Source: a bacterium
GTDB taxonomy: Bacteria > Patescibacteriota > Minisyncoccia > Portnoybacterales > GWB1-42-6
Reading direction: 5' to 3'
DNA: 64,000 nucleotides
Assembly (NCBI GenBank): GCA_043800535.1
Contig: JAZDMV010000026.1
Coordinates: 5,781-69,780, forward strand
The notes under the pieces are model-generated. The model saw nothing but the letters and a program-made list of their open reading frames with translations, was not told where the DNA came from and ran no database searches. Below, piece by piece: positions 17,334 through 25,085 of the stretch; within the stretch, counting starts at the first letter, position 1, and every line of letters begins with the position of its first letter. The translations under genes were made by a program, and so were the position numbers.

Positions 17334-18149
17334 ATGAAAGTTTTATTCTTCGGCGACATTGTCGGCAAACCAGGCCGGCAGGCAATTAAAAAAATTCTGC
17401 CAAAGCTCAAAGAAAAACATGAGCCGGATTTGGTTTGTGCTAACGGCGAAAATCTGGCGCACGGCAAAGGAATTTCGCGTGACAGCATAAAAGAAGTTTT
17501 GGATGCGGGTGTTGATTGGCTGACGCTTGGCAATCATGCGTTTGCCAAAAAAGGGGCCAGCGACATCCTGGAAGAGAAAGAAATTCCTGTTTTGCGGCCG
17601 TTGAATTGGGCGCCCGGGATTCCGGGCAGGGGAGTGGCGGAAATTAATATCCGCTCAAAAAAGATTTTATTGGTCAATCTTGTTGGCCGTGTTTTTTTGC
17701 AGCAGGATTTTGAGAATCCCTTTGTGGCGATGAATGAAATTTTGGATGACTATTCGCTTAAAAAGGAATCGGGCAAAGAAAAGGTTAATGCGATAATAAT
17801 TGACTGGCACGCCGAAGCCACTTCTGAAAAAATGGCCATGGGCTGGCATCTGGATGGTCGGGTTTCGGCGGTGCTCGGCACGCATACACATACAGGAACC
17901 GATGACTGGCGGGTTTTACCCGAAGGCACGGCTTTTGTTTCCGATATCGGCATGGTGGGGCCGCAGGATTCGGTGTTGGGCGTTGATAAAGATACAATCG
18001 TTAAGCGATTTTTGACCCAACTGCCTTATCAGATGGAAGTGGCAGAAGGAAAAGTTTTGATTAATGCGGTTTTGGTCACGCTTGACGAGAAAACCGGTTT
18101 GGCGGAAAATATAGAGAAGATAAAGGAAATAATTGATGTTGAGAATTAA
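17334..18149 (+). CDS. ymdB: YmdB-like metallophosphoesterase (2',3'-cyclic-nucleotide phosphodiesterase family)
   Basis: MKVLFFGDIVGKPGR...CANGENLAHGKG...GNHAF...GTHTHTGTDD; listed ORF begins at a TTG, ATG at 17334 preferred. Confidence 0.85.
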   Translation: MKVLFFGDIVGKPGRQAIKKILPKLKEKHEPDLVCANGENLAHGKGISRDSIKEVLDAGVDWLTLGNHAFAKKGASDILEEKEIPVLRPLNWAPGIPGRGVAEINIRSKKILLVNLVGRVFLQQDFENPFVAMNEILDDYSLKKESGKEKVNAIIIDWHAEATSEKMAMGWHLDGRVSAVLGTHTHTGTDDWRVLPEGTAFVSDIGMVGPQDSVLGVDKDTIVKRFLTQLPYQMEVAEGKVLINAVLVTLDEKTGLAENIEKIKEIIDVEN

Positions 18150-18267
18150 ATGTTTACCGTAGACCGACTACGGGCTACCGCATAACAGATTGACGGTAGA
18201 CGGTGGTCAGCAATCGGCAGGCGACTAAAAGGTCGAATTTTGTATAAATGAATTATTATTCAAAAAA

Positions 18268-18540
18268 ATGACAAAAGACGAATTAATTGATGCGGTCGCG
18301 GCCAAATGTGCCTGTTCAAAAAAAGCGGCCGCCGAATGTCTTGAAGCGGTTTTGGATGAGACAACAAAGGCGATGCAGAAAGGAGATAGAGTTGTTTTAA
18401 CCGGCTTTGGCGCATTCCAGGTTTCAAAAAGAGCAGCGCGCAGAGGCGTTAATCCAAAAACTGGCGCAAAAATCCAGATTCCGGCCATGAAAGTTCCCAA
18501 ATTCAAAGCTGGCAAGGCGCTAAAAGACGCGGTGCGATAA
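18268..18540 (+). CDS. hup: DNA-binding protein HU
   Basis: MTKDELIDAVA...GFGAFQVSKRAARRGVNPKTGAKIQIPA. Confidence 0.9.
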   Translation: MTKDELIDAVAAKCACSKKAAAECLEAVLDETTKAMQKGDRVVLTGFGAFQVSKRAARRGVNPKTGAKIQIPAMKVPKFKAGKALKDAVR

Positions 18541-18639
18541 ATCCCCACACCTTGCCGTGGAATAATTAGTCTTAAACGGCAAGGGATAGAACATCTATAA
18601 AACCCGCGAATCTGATTGCAGGCTAAAAGGTGTGGGGAT
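18541..18639. repeat. Inverted-repeat element, family 2 (ATCCCCACACCTT ... AAGGTGTGGGGAT)
   Basis: 13-bp perfect terminal inverted repeats enclosing about 73 nt with a nested IR ccttgccgt...acggcaagg; immediately after the hup stop. Confidence 0.75.
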
Positions 18640-18735
18640 AAAATTTCCAAAGTATATTTTATATAAACAAAAAACCCGTGAATAGGGTTTTTTGTTTATA
18701 TAAAAGTTCAGTTTTTTAGGGGACTCGCAATCCTG

Positions 18736-19089
18736 TTATTTTTCAGCGAGTTCCCTTTCCCGCTCCTTTAATACTTGTAAATCTTTTTCGTATTGTTTCA
18801 GGCTTTCTTTCACAAATTTTTCTGTGATACCCCGGAAGATAAGTACATGCTCTATTAAAAATTGAGCCATTTTTGATCTTTGTTCAATACTTTCTGTCCC
18901 TTCGCGTAGTTGTTGGATGCGGGTTTCAAGATTATTTATGTAATTGGTGAGCGTTACTGCATCTATTTTGTCTATTTCAGAAATACTAATGCCCATTTCT
19001 TCAAAAAAACTTTGTGGTTCTGGTATGGTTTCGTTTTCTAGCTTGTCAGAGTCAATTTGCTGTTCTTGTTTTGGCTGTTCAATGCCCAT
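18736..19089 (-). CDS. Hypothetical protein (AT-rich)
   Basis: 117 aa ORF, coiled-coil-like, low GC. Confidence 0.5.
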   Translation of the reverse strand: MGIEQPKQEQQIDSDKLENETIPEPQSFFEEMGISISEIDKIDAVTLTNYINNLETRIQQLREGTESIEQRSKMAQFLIEHVLIFRGITEKFVKESLKQYEKDLQVLKERERELAEK

Positions 19090-19273
19090 ATATAGAAATA
19101 TTTTTATTAATTTTTAAGAAGCTCGACCGACCTCCTTTTTGATATTAATAAATCTTGGAGCGGGTGATGGTCTCCTTCACCCCGCCAAACACGGGGCTTC
19201 GGAAGACCAATGCATCCGCGCTTTATGGTGTTCCGTCAAAGCGTACCATTCTGTAGCCTTGGCGGAAGATGGG

Positions 19274-19345
<72 letters not shown>

Positions 19346-19393
19346 ACTTCGGCGCATAGCGCCTCAGTATAAACTACTTCACAACTTCATTGC

Positions 19394-19639
19394 TCAATGC
19401 AGACTATTGATCAGTCTTTCTTTCTTTTTACGTGACCACCCCTTAATTTCTTGTTCTCGTCTTGCTGCGGCAAATTTATCCTTATATGATTCAGAATAAA
19501 CCAATTTTACTGGCCTTCTTGATTTGGTAAACAGACATTTGTCTTCGAAATTATGCTCCAGTAATCTTTTCTTTAAATCCCATGTTATTCCTGTATAAAA
19601 AGAATTGTCGCAGCATTTCAATATATAGACATAATGCAT
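19394..19639 (-). CDS. GIY-YIG nuclease-domain protein (UPF0213/YhbQ-like)
   Basis: MHYVYILKC..NSFYTGITWDLKKRLLEHN, R...E...GWSRKKKE. Confidence 0.8.
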   Translation of the reverse strand: MHYVYILKCCDNSFYTGITWDLKKRLLEHNFEDKCLFTKSRRPVKLVYSESYKDKFAAARREQEIKGWSRKKKERLINSLH

Positions 19640-19680
19640 ATTTTTAGGCTTGCCCTGAGGAGGGCTTGCCCGACGAAGGG

Positions 19681-19753
19681 TGCCGGGGGTCGGAGTTGAA
19701 CCGACATCTCAGCTTTTTCAGAGCCGCGCCGTAACCACCTTGGCTACCCCGGC
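19681..19753 (-). tRNA. tRNA-Phe (anticodon GAA)
   Basis: Reverse complement GCCGGGG TA GCC...CGGCT CTGAAAA AGCTG...GTCGG TTCAACT CCGAC CCCCGGC A. Confidence 0.85.
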
Positions 19754-19850
19754 ATGGATAGTGGATAGCGACTAGCAACTAGTAGTTAGCGAATATAACA
19801 AAAATATAATTCCGCCTAGTCGCTAATTGCTAATTGTTAATTGCTAAATA

Positions 19851-19905
19851 GGTGGGCGCTTAAGGAGTTGAACCTTAGACCTTCGCAGCTTGCCCCGTTA
19901 GATAT
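19851..19905 (-). pseudogene. Orphan tRNA 3'-half-like fragment (T-arm TAAGG-TTCAACT-CCTTA, acceptor AGCGCCC-A)
   Basis: Reverse complement ATCTAACGGGGCAAGCTGCGAAGGTCTAAGGTTCAACTCCTTAAGCGCCCA; no matching 5' half nearby. Confidence 0.5.
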
Positions 19906-19916
19906 GGACAATTCCG

Positions 19917-19988
19917 TGGACGGTGCAGGATTTGAACCTGCGACCCTTGCGATGTAAGCGCAATGCTCTACCGCTGAGCTAACCGTCC
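19917..19988 (-). tRNA. tRNA-Val (anticodon TAC)
   Basis: Reverse complement GGACGGT TA GCTC AGCGGTAGAGC A TTGCG CTTACAT CGCAA GGGTC GCAGG TTCAAAT CCTGC ACCGTCC A. Confidence 0.85.
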
Positions 19989-20093
19989 TCTTCGCTTCGC
20001 TCAGAGTAAACTAAATTTATTTGAGTAGGCTAAATGGTTGAGCTTGCCCTGAGTCCCAAAGGGGACGAAGGGTGCGCGGGAGAGGGCTTTCAC

Positions 20094-20225
20094 CCCCACA
20101 CCTTTTCGACGTGGGCACGAGAGGACTCGAACCTCCAAGCCTTGCGGCACATGCACCTCAAGCATGCGCGTATACCAATTCCGCCACGTGCCCGGAAATT
20201 ATCTAAGTTTTAAAAGGTGTGGGGG
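20094..20225. repeat. Family-2 inverted-repeat arms (cccccacacctttt ... aaaaggtgtggggg) enclosing the tRNA-Leu gene
   Basis: 14-nt arms at 20094-20107 and 20212-20225 are reverse complements; the complete tRNA-Leu lies between them. Confidence 0.65.
20112..20193 (-). tRNA. tRNA-Leu (anticodon GAG), type II with long variable arm
   Basis: Reverse complement GGGCACG TG GCG-GAATTGGTATA-CGC G CATGC TTGAGGT GCATG, variable arm TGCCGCAAGGCTTG, T-arm GGAGG TTCGAGT CCTCT, CGTGCCC A. Confidence 0.85.
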
Positions 20226-20229
20226 CGTG

Positions 20230-20285
20230 CCTCCAAGCCTTGCGGCACATGCACCTCAAGCATGCGCGTATACCAATTCCGCCAC
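20230..20285 (-). pseudogene. Partial duplicate of tRNA-Leu(GAG), lacking T-arm and 3' acceptor strand
   Basis: About 56 nt identical to 20132-20187 of the intact tRNA-Leu, then sequence diverges. Confidence 0.7.
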
Positions 20286-20306
20286 CGCGCTCAAAGTTGC
20301 TTTTAA

Positions 20307-20690
20307 TTAGACCTGTTCTTGCGGCGTTTCTTGTGGGGCAGGGGTCTCTGGCACAACTGCCTCGGTTTTTTTCATTTTTGCGCTTCTGCCAAAACGGCCG
20401 CGCAGATAATAGAGTTTAGCACGCCTGACTTTTGATTTTTTGGTGACTTGTATTTTATCAATTGTCGGCGCGTGCAAGGGGAAAACGCGTTCAATGGCTA
20501 TACCGCCAGAAATCCTGCGGACCGTTATGGTCGCGTTAATGCCAGAACCGTGCTTGGCGGCGATGACCAAACCTTCAAATGGCTGGACTCTTTCTTTTCC
20601 GCCTTCTTTGATTTTTTGGTGCACGACAACGGTATAGCCGGGCCGGATTTCGGGCAGGTTCTTTTTCAGTTGTTCATCTGTCATTTTCAT
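20307..20690 (-). CDS. rplS: 50S ribosomal protein L19
   Basis: LPEIRPGYTVVVHQKIKEGGKERVQPFEGLVIAAKHG...RRAKLYYLRGR. Confidence 0.9.
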   Translation of the reverse strand: MKMTDEQLKKNLPEIRPGYTVVVHQKIKEGGKERVQPFEGLVIAAKHGSGINATITVRRISGGIAIERVFPLHAPTIDKIQVTKKSKVRRAKLYYLRGRFGRSAKMKKTEAVVPETPAPQETPQEQV

Positions 20691-20767
20691 AATAAGTCAC
20701 ATAATTTAAAAGACAGGGGATCTGTCTCTGTTTGGTTATACGTTGGGATTCTAGCACGTCCTCGGTT

Positions 20768-21796
20768 TTATTTCAAGTCGGCCAAGACTGCTTGTAGATC
20801 ATCGGGCAAGGAAGCAGTGAATTCTTTTATTTCGTCGTTTGGCAGTTTAATTTTTAAATACGTAGCATGCAGAAATTGTCGTTTAAGCCCTTGCGGTTTT
20901 GGCGATGACTTGGTCCCGTATTTTGTGTCTCCGGCCACCGGATTGCCAAGCCAGGCCAAATGGACTCTTATCTGGTGCATACGGCCGGTTTTTGGCTGGG
21001 CCTCAATTAAAGTAAAATTATTATACTGCTTTAACGTTTTATACATGGTTATTGCTTCTTTGCCTTCTTTGACGCCAACTCTTTGTTTTGTGGGATCTGA
21101 CTTGGAACGAGCGATAAGCGTTTTGATTTCGCCTGACAATTTTTTGGGTCTGCCAACGACCAAGGCCAGATACTTTTTGACAACCTTTCTTTCCTGAAAT
21201 TGTTTTTTGAGCCAGGCAAACGCAGAGTTATTTTTTGCAATTATCATCAGGCCCGAAGTGTCTTTATCAAGGCGATGGACAATGCCTGGTCGGGCTGGGT
21301 CTTCACCAACGTCTTTGAGCGGGGGATAATGAACCAAAAGCGCATTAACCAAAGTGCCGCTTTTTTGAGCAGGGCTTGGATGTACAGTTAAGCCGGCTTG
21401 TTTATGCAAAGCAATAACATCTTTGTCTTCATAGATAATATGTACCTTTATATTTTTATCCGGCTCAAGGGAAATTTCCTGCGGCGGCAAAATGCCAACT
21501 TCGATTTTATCTGCCTCCTTTAAAATATAGCTTGGTTTTTTGGTTTGGCCGCTAACCCCGTTAGAAATCCAGCCATGCTTTATTTTGCTTTGGAGTTTAC
21601 GCAGTGATTTCACCTGCGGCTCTGTTTGCGTAATTTTTGACTCTTTGGAAAGATTTCTGACGGGGTAAACCAAAACAGCGCCTTTTTTTATTTGTTTTTG
21701 CACATAGGCGCGGGAGTAGCCGGGCCAGTTTGCAGCAATAAATTTATCAAGCCGCTGGCCGCTTTCCTCTTTTTTTACTTCAAGTATTTTTTTCAC
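20768..21796 (-). CDS. RluA-family 23S rRNA pseudouridine synthase (RluD-like) with N-terminal S4 domain
   Basis: S4-like N-terminus (RLDKFIAANWPGYSRAYVQKQIKKGAV), catalytic HRLDKDTSGLMIIAKN. Confidence 0.85.
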   Translation of the reverse strand: MKKILEVKKEESGQRLDKFIAANWPGYSRAYVQKQIKKGAVLVYPVRNLSKESKITQTEPQVKSLRKLQSKIKHGWISNGVSGQTKKPSYILKEADKIEVGILPPQEISLEPDKNIKVHIIYEDKDVIALHKQAGLTVHPSPAQKSGTLVNALLVHYPPLKDVGEDPARPGIVHRLDKDTSGLMIIAKNNSAFAWLKKQFQERKVVKKYLALVVGRPKKLSGEIKTLIARSKSDPTKQRVGVKEGKEAITMYKTLKQYNNFTLIEAQPKTGRMHQIRVHLAWLGNPVAGDTKYGTKSSPKPQGLKRQFLHATYLKIKLPNDEIKEFTASLPDDLQAVLADLK

Positions 21797-21854
21797 AAAA
21801 ATTTCAATTAGACATACACTCCCGCGCTCCCGAGCGCGGGAGTGTATGTCTGGT

Positions 21855-22646
21855 TTAGTTTAGGGAGGTAGTTAGAGAGATAATTTGGTAGCCGTCGTTT
21901 TCGATTTTTGTAAAAACCTCGTCCAGAATACTGCCGGTGATGTCATCACCCACGTGCATTAAAATTATGGCGCCTGGTTTTTCACAGGAATAAATTTTGT
22001 CTTTGACCTGTTGTTCTGTCTGTCCAACCATCCAGTCAAGCGCGTCGCAGGACCAGAAAACTGACTGATAGCCTTCTTGCGCCGCGATTTCCAGGACATG
22101 CGCGTTTCTGTCGCCATAGGGCGGGCGGAAATACGGTTTGGTTGATCTGCCTATTAGGCCGGAAATGATCTGTTCGGTTTTATCAAGTTCGTCCTTAATT
22201 TCCTGGTCAGTCAATTGTGTCAGATGTAGATGGGAGTAGGTGTGATTAAAAATTTCGTGGCCGTCAGACGAGATCTGTTTTATCAATTCCGGGTTTGTCT
22301 CGGCGAATTTGCCGGTGCTAAAAAAAGTCACATTGACATTATGCTGTTTGGTTACTTCAAGAATTTTTTGCAATGAATTTGTTCCTGCACCTGCATCAAA
22401 AGTAAAAATTACCTGCTTTTTGGCCGGGTTGGCTCGCGAAATTTCACCATTGACGACAAACGGGGGAGAGGTGGTGGCGATTTCTTTTTCCGTACTTGGC
22501 AGATTGGAATAATTTTGGGCCGATTCGTTCGGCACATTATTTAGCTTGTCCTGAGTTTTTACGAAGGACCAATAAAAAAGACCAGCCAATGCGATAATGG
22601 CTGTTACTAAAATTACGATTAGAAATATATAAATTCTCGAGGCCAT
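21855..22646 (-). CDS. Polysaccharide deacetylase (NodB-homology domain) with N-terminal TM anchor
   Basis: TFDAGAG..., HTYSH motifs; start taken at MASRIYIF (22646), because the longer listed ORF runs into tRNA sequence. Confidence 0.75.
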   Translation of the reverse strand: MASRIYIFLIVILVTAIIALAGLFYWSFVKTQDKLNNVPNESAQNYSNLPSTEKEIATTSPPFVVNGEISRANPAKKQVIFTFDAGAGTNSLQKILEVTKQHNVNVTFFSTGKFAETNPELIKQISSDGHEIFNHTYSHLHLTQLTDQEIKDELDKTEQIISGLIGRSTKPYFRPPYGDRNAHVLEIAAQEGYQSVFWSCDALDWMVGQTEQQVKDKIYSCEKPGAIILMHVGDDITGSILDEVFTKIENDGYQIISLTTSLN

Positions 22647-22664
22647 TCTATTTGTGGGCAATGC

Positions 22665-22705
22665 AGGGATTGAACCTGCGGCCTTTCCCACTTGCCCCGT
22701 TAGAT
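22665..22705 (-). tRNA. 3' half of a split tRNA-like gene (T-arm GCAGG-TTCAATC-CCTGC, acceptor ATTGCCC-A)
   Basis: Acceptor strand complements the 5' half at 22790-22837 (GGGCAAT); begins with ATCTAACGGGG, which pairs with CCCCGTTAGAT at the end of the 5' half. Confidence 0.5.
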
Positions 22706-22711
22706 ATTTTG

Positions 22712-22783
22712 TGCGCGTAGCAGGAATTGGACCTACGGCCTTCCCCATGTCAAGGGGACGCTCTACCACTGAGCTATACGCGC
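22712..22783 (-). tRNA. tRNA-Val (anticodon GAC), located between the two halves of the split tRNA-like gene
   Basis: Reverse complement GCGCGTA TA GCTC AGTGGTAGAGC G TCCCC TTGACAT GGGGA AGGCC GTAGG TCCAATT CCTGC TACGCGC A. Confidence 0.8.
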
Positions 22784-22789
22784 AAGTAA

Positions 22790-22837
22790 TCTAACGGGGT
22801 GAATCAAGGGGACGCTCTACCACTGAGCTAATTGCCC
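22790..22837 (-). tRNA. 5' half of a split tRNA-like gene (GGGCAAT TA GCTC AGTGGTAGAGC G TCCCC TTGA...)
   Basis: Near-identical to the 5' part of the adjacent Val(GAC) through the anticodon stem, then diverges into CCCCGTTAGAT. Confidence 0.5.
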
Positions 22838-22921
22838 TCTTCGCTTCGCTCAGAGTAAACTAATTATATTCTTAGCTACTAAATTGATAAGTTTACCCTG
22901 AGTTCCCGAAAGGGACGAAGG

Positions 22922-22993
22922 GTGGGCGCGCTAGGACTCGAACCTAGAACCGATCGGATATAAGCCGATTGCTCCACCATTGAGCTACGCGCC
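22922..22993 (-). tRNA. tRNA-Ile (anticodon TAT, reads AUA)
   Basis: Reverse complement GGGCGCG TA GCTC AATGGTGGAGC A ATCGG CTTATAT CCGAT CGGTT CTAGG TTCGAGT CCTAG CGCGCCC A; anticodon stem is a perfect 5 bp. Confidence 0.8.
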
Positions 22994-23117
22994 CCTCACT
23001 TGCCGTTAGCAATAGAAATAATGTCACAAAAACCTGATAAGTTATATATAGGGCTTACCCCACGGCAAGTGAGGGGCGCGCCCATGTCCATAGTATATAA
23101 GCAAAAACGCATTCTTT

Positions 23118-23150
23118 TCAAGCAATGAATGCGTTTTTTTGACGGAAATT
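23118..23150. terminator. Bidirectional rho-independent terminator (aaaaacgcattc-ttttcaagcaat-gaatgcgttttttt)
   Basis: GC-containing stem with A-tract and T-tract on either side; downstream of ftsH on the minus strand. Confidence 0.7.
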
Positions 23151-23160
23151 TAAATGAATG

Positions 23161-25023
23161 TTATCCTTCCGCGATTAATTTTTCAAACTCTTCTTTTTCA
23201 ATCGTCTCTTTTTCAATCAGGCGGTTGGCAATTTTATCAAGCAGGGAGCGTTTTGTGACTGTGATCTGTTGGGCGGTTTTCAGGGCAATGTCTATGAAGC
23301 TTGTCACTTCGTCGTCGATTTTGGCCGCGATTTTTTCTGAATAATCTTTTCCGGTGACTATTTCCTTACCCAAAAATACGAGTTCTTCCTGTTCGCCGAA
23401 AGTGCGCGGGCCAAGCTTTTCGCTCATGCCGTAACGCGTGACTAGGCGTCTGGCCAGGTTGGTGGCCTGTTCCAAATCATTGCTTGCGCCAGTGGTAATT
23501 TCGCCAAAGACCAGTTTTTCAGTTGCATAGCCGCCCATTAACACCGCGAGCTCCTCAAGAAATTCTGTCCGTGTTCTTAAATGTTTGTCTTCTGTTGGGA
23601 GCTTTAAAGTGTAGCCGGCAGCGCGGCCTCGGGCAATAATAGAAACTTTTCTGACCGGGTCAGTATGGGGCAGAGAAGCGTTAACCAAAGCATGGCCTGC
23701 TTCGTGCCAGGCGGCGATTTTTTTCTCATTGACAGAAAGGATATGGCTTTTTCTTTCAGGCCCCAAAAGCACTTTCTCTATTGACGGAATGACTTCGTTC
23801 ATTGAAATGTCTTTTTTGTTTTTGCGGGCGGCAAAGATAGCCGCTTCATTCATCAAATTGGCCAGGTCAGCGCCGGAAAAGCCCGGGGTGCGCTCGGCGA
23901 TCTGTCTGAAGTCAACGGACTTTTGTATTGGTTTACCTTTGGCGTGAATTTTTAAGATTTCTTCGCGGTCGTTAATATCGGGCAGGTCCAAAATTATCCG
24001 GCGGTCGAAGCGGCCTGGCCGCAGAAGCGCCGGGTCCAAAATATCTGGCCGGTTGGTGGCTGAAATTATGACGACGCGTGTTTCCGGGTCAAAACCGTCC
24101 ATCTCAACAAGTATCTGGTTGAGCGTCTGTTCGCGCTCGTCATGGCCGCCGCCAAGGCCAGCGCCCCTGTGTCGGCCGATGGCGTCAAGTTCGTCAACAA
24201 ATAAAATTGAAGGTGCGCTTTTTTTAGCCTGGGCAAAAGTGTCGCGGACGCGGGAAGCACCGACTCCGACAAAAAGTTCAACAAACTCAGAGCCCGAAAT
24301 ATGGAAAAATGGGACATTGGCCTCGCCTGAAACAGCGCGAGCCAAAAGCGTTTTGCCGGTGCCCGGCGGGCCGATCAGAAGCACGCCTTTGGGAATGCGG
24401 GCTCCGAGTGCCTTAAATTTTTCTGGCAGTTTTAAAAATTCAATTACTTCCTGCAATTCCTCTTTGGCTTCTTTTAAGCCGGCGACGTCTTTAAAGGTAG
24501 TTCGTTGGCCTTTTTTGTCCTGCGGGGAAAGCATTCTGACGAGCGAGCGGGTGAAACCAAATGCCTGATTGGCGCCGCGCTGGGCCTGGCGGAACATAAA
24601 CCAGAGGAAAAATCCGATGAGCAGAAGAGGCAGAAGGAACGGCAGGAGGTTGACCAGCCAGAATTGGAAAGAAGATTCTTTGGCCACCTCAATCGGCACC
24701 TGCTGGATTTTCTGTGGGTCAACGCCGAAATTTTTTAGCGTATCGCTAATCGCGGCGTTGCTTTCCGCCGTTGTCTGTTCGGCTGTTCCGTCTTTTAGAG
24801 TAACACTGATATTTTGGCCGCTGATGACAATTTTTGAAACCTTGTTTTCATTTATCTGTTGGGCAAGCTCGGTTAAGGTGACTCCCTTTGGAGCAGCGCC
24901 TTTTTGTGAAAAAAACGAAAACGCCACTGAAATTACCAGGAAAATAATCAGAATTATAACTATATTTTTGAAAAGGTTCTTCATAATTATCAATGTTCCG
25001 TTTTGGGTTACGAATTTATACAA
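23161..25023 (-). CDS. ftsH: ATP-dependent zinc metalloprotease FtsH
   Basis: Walker A GPPGTGKT, Walker B DELDA, SRH region, HEAGHA zinc motif; alternative start at 24984 (MKNLF). Confidence 0.9.
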   Translation of the reverse strand: MYKFVTQNGTLIIMKNLFKNIVIILIIFLVISVAFSFFSQKGAAPKGVTLTELAQQINENKVSKIVISGQNISVTLKDGTAEQTTAESNAAISDTLKNFGVDPQKIQQVPIEVAKESSFQFWLVNLLPFLLPLLLIGFFLWFMFRQAQRGANQAFGFTRSLVRMLSPQDKKGQRTTFKDVAGLKEAKEELQEVIEFLKLPEKFKALGARIPKGVLLIGPPGTGKTLLARAVSGEANVPFFHISGSEFVELFVGVGASRVRDTFAQAKKSAPSILFVDELDAIGRHRGAGLGGGHDEREQTLNQILVEMDGFDPETRVVIISATNRPDILDPALLRPGRFDRRIILDLPDINDREEILKIHAKGKPIQKSVDFRQIAERTPGFSGADLANLMNEAAIFAARKNKKDISMNEVIPSIEKVLLGPERKSHILSVNEKKIAAWHEAGHALVNASLPHTDPVRKVSIIARGRAAGYTLKLPTEDKHLRTRTEFLEELAVLMGGYATEKLVFGEITTGASNDLEQATNLARRLVTRYGMSEKLGPRTFGEQEELVFLGKEIVTGKDYSEKIAAKIDDEVTSFIDIALKTAQQITVTKRSLLDKIANRLIEKETIEKEEFEKLIAEG

Positions 25024-25085
25024 ATTTTGCTCGCCGTCGCGAAATGTCAGCGTCCAGGCAGCGAGGTGGGCGAGCTCACGAATTT

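Noticed and set aside
20448-21197. 249 aa plus-strand ORF
   Set aside because: Antisense to rplS and the RluA-family gene, which have clear homology; no independent support.
22665-22837. Group I intron in the split tRNA
   Set aside because: The 118-nt intervening segment is too short for a group I core and consists almost entirely of an intact tRNA-Val.
19640-23100. Prophage or integrative element at the tRNA clusters
   Set aside because: No integrase, recombinase or phage structural gene is present in or near the clusters. Only a GIY-YIG nuclease and small AT-rich orphans.
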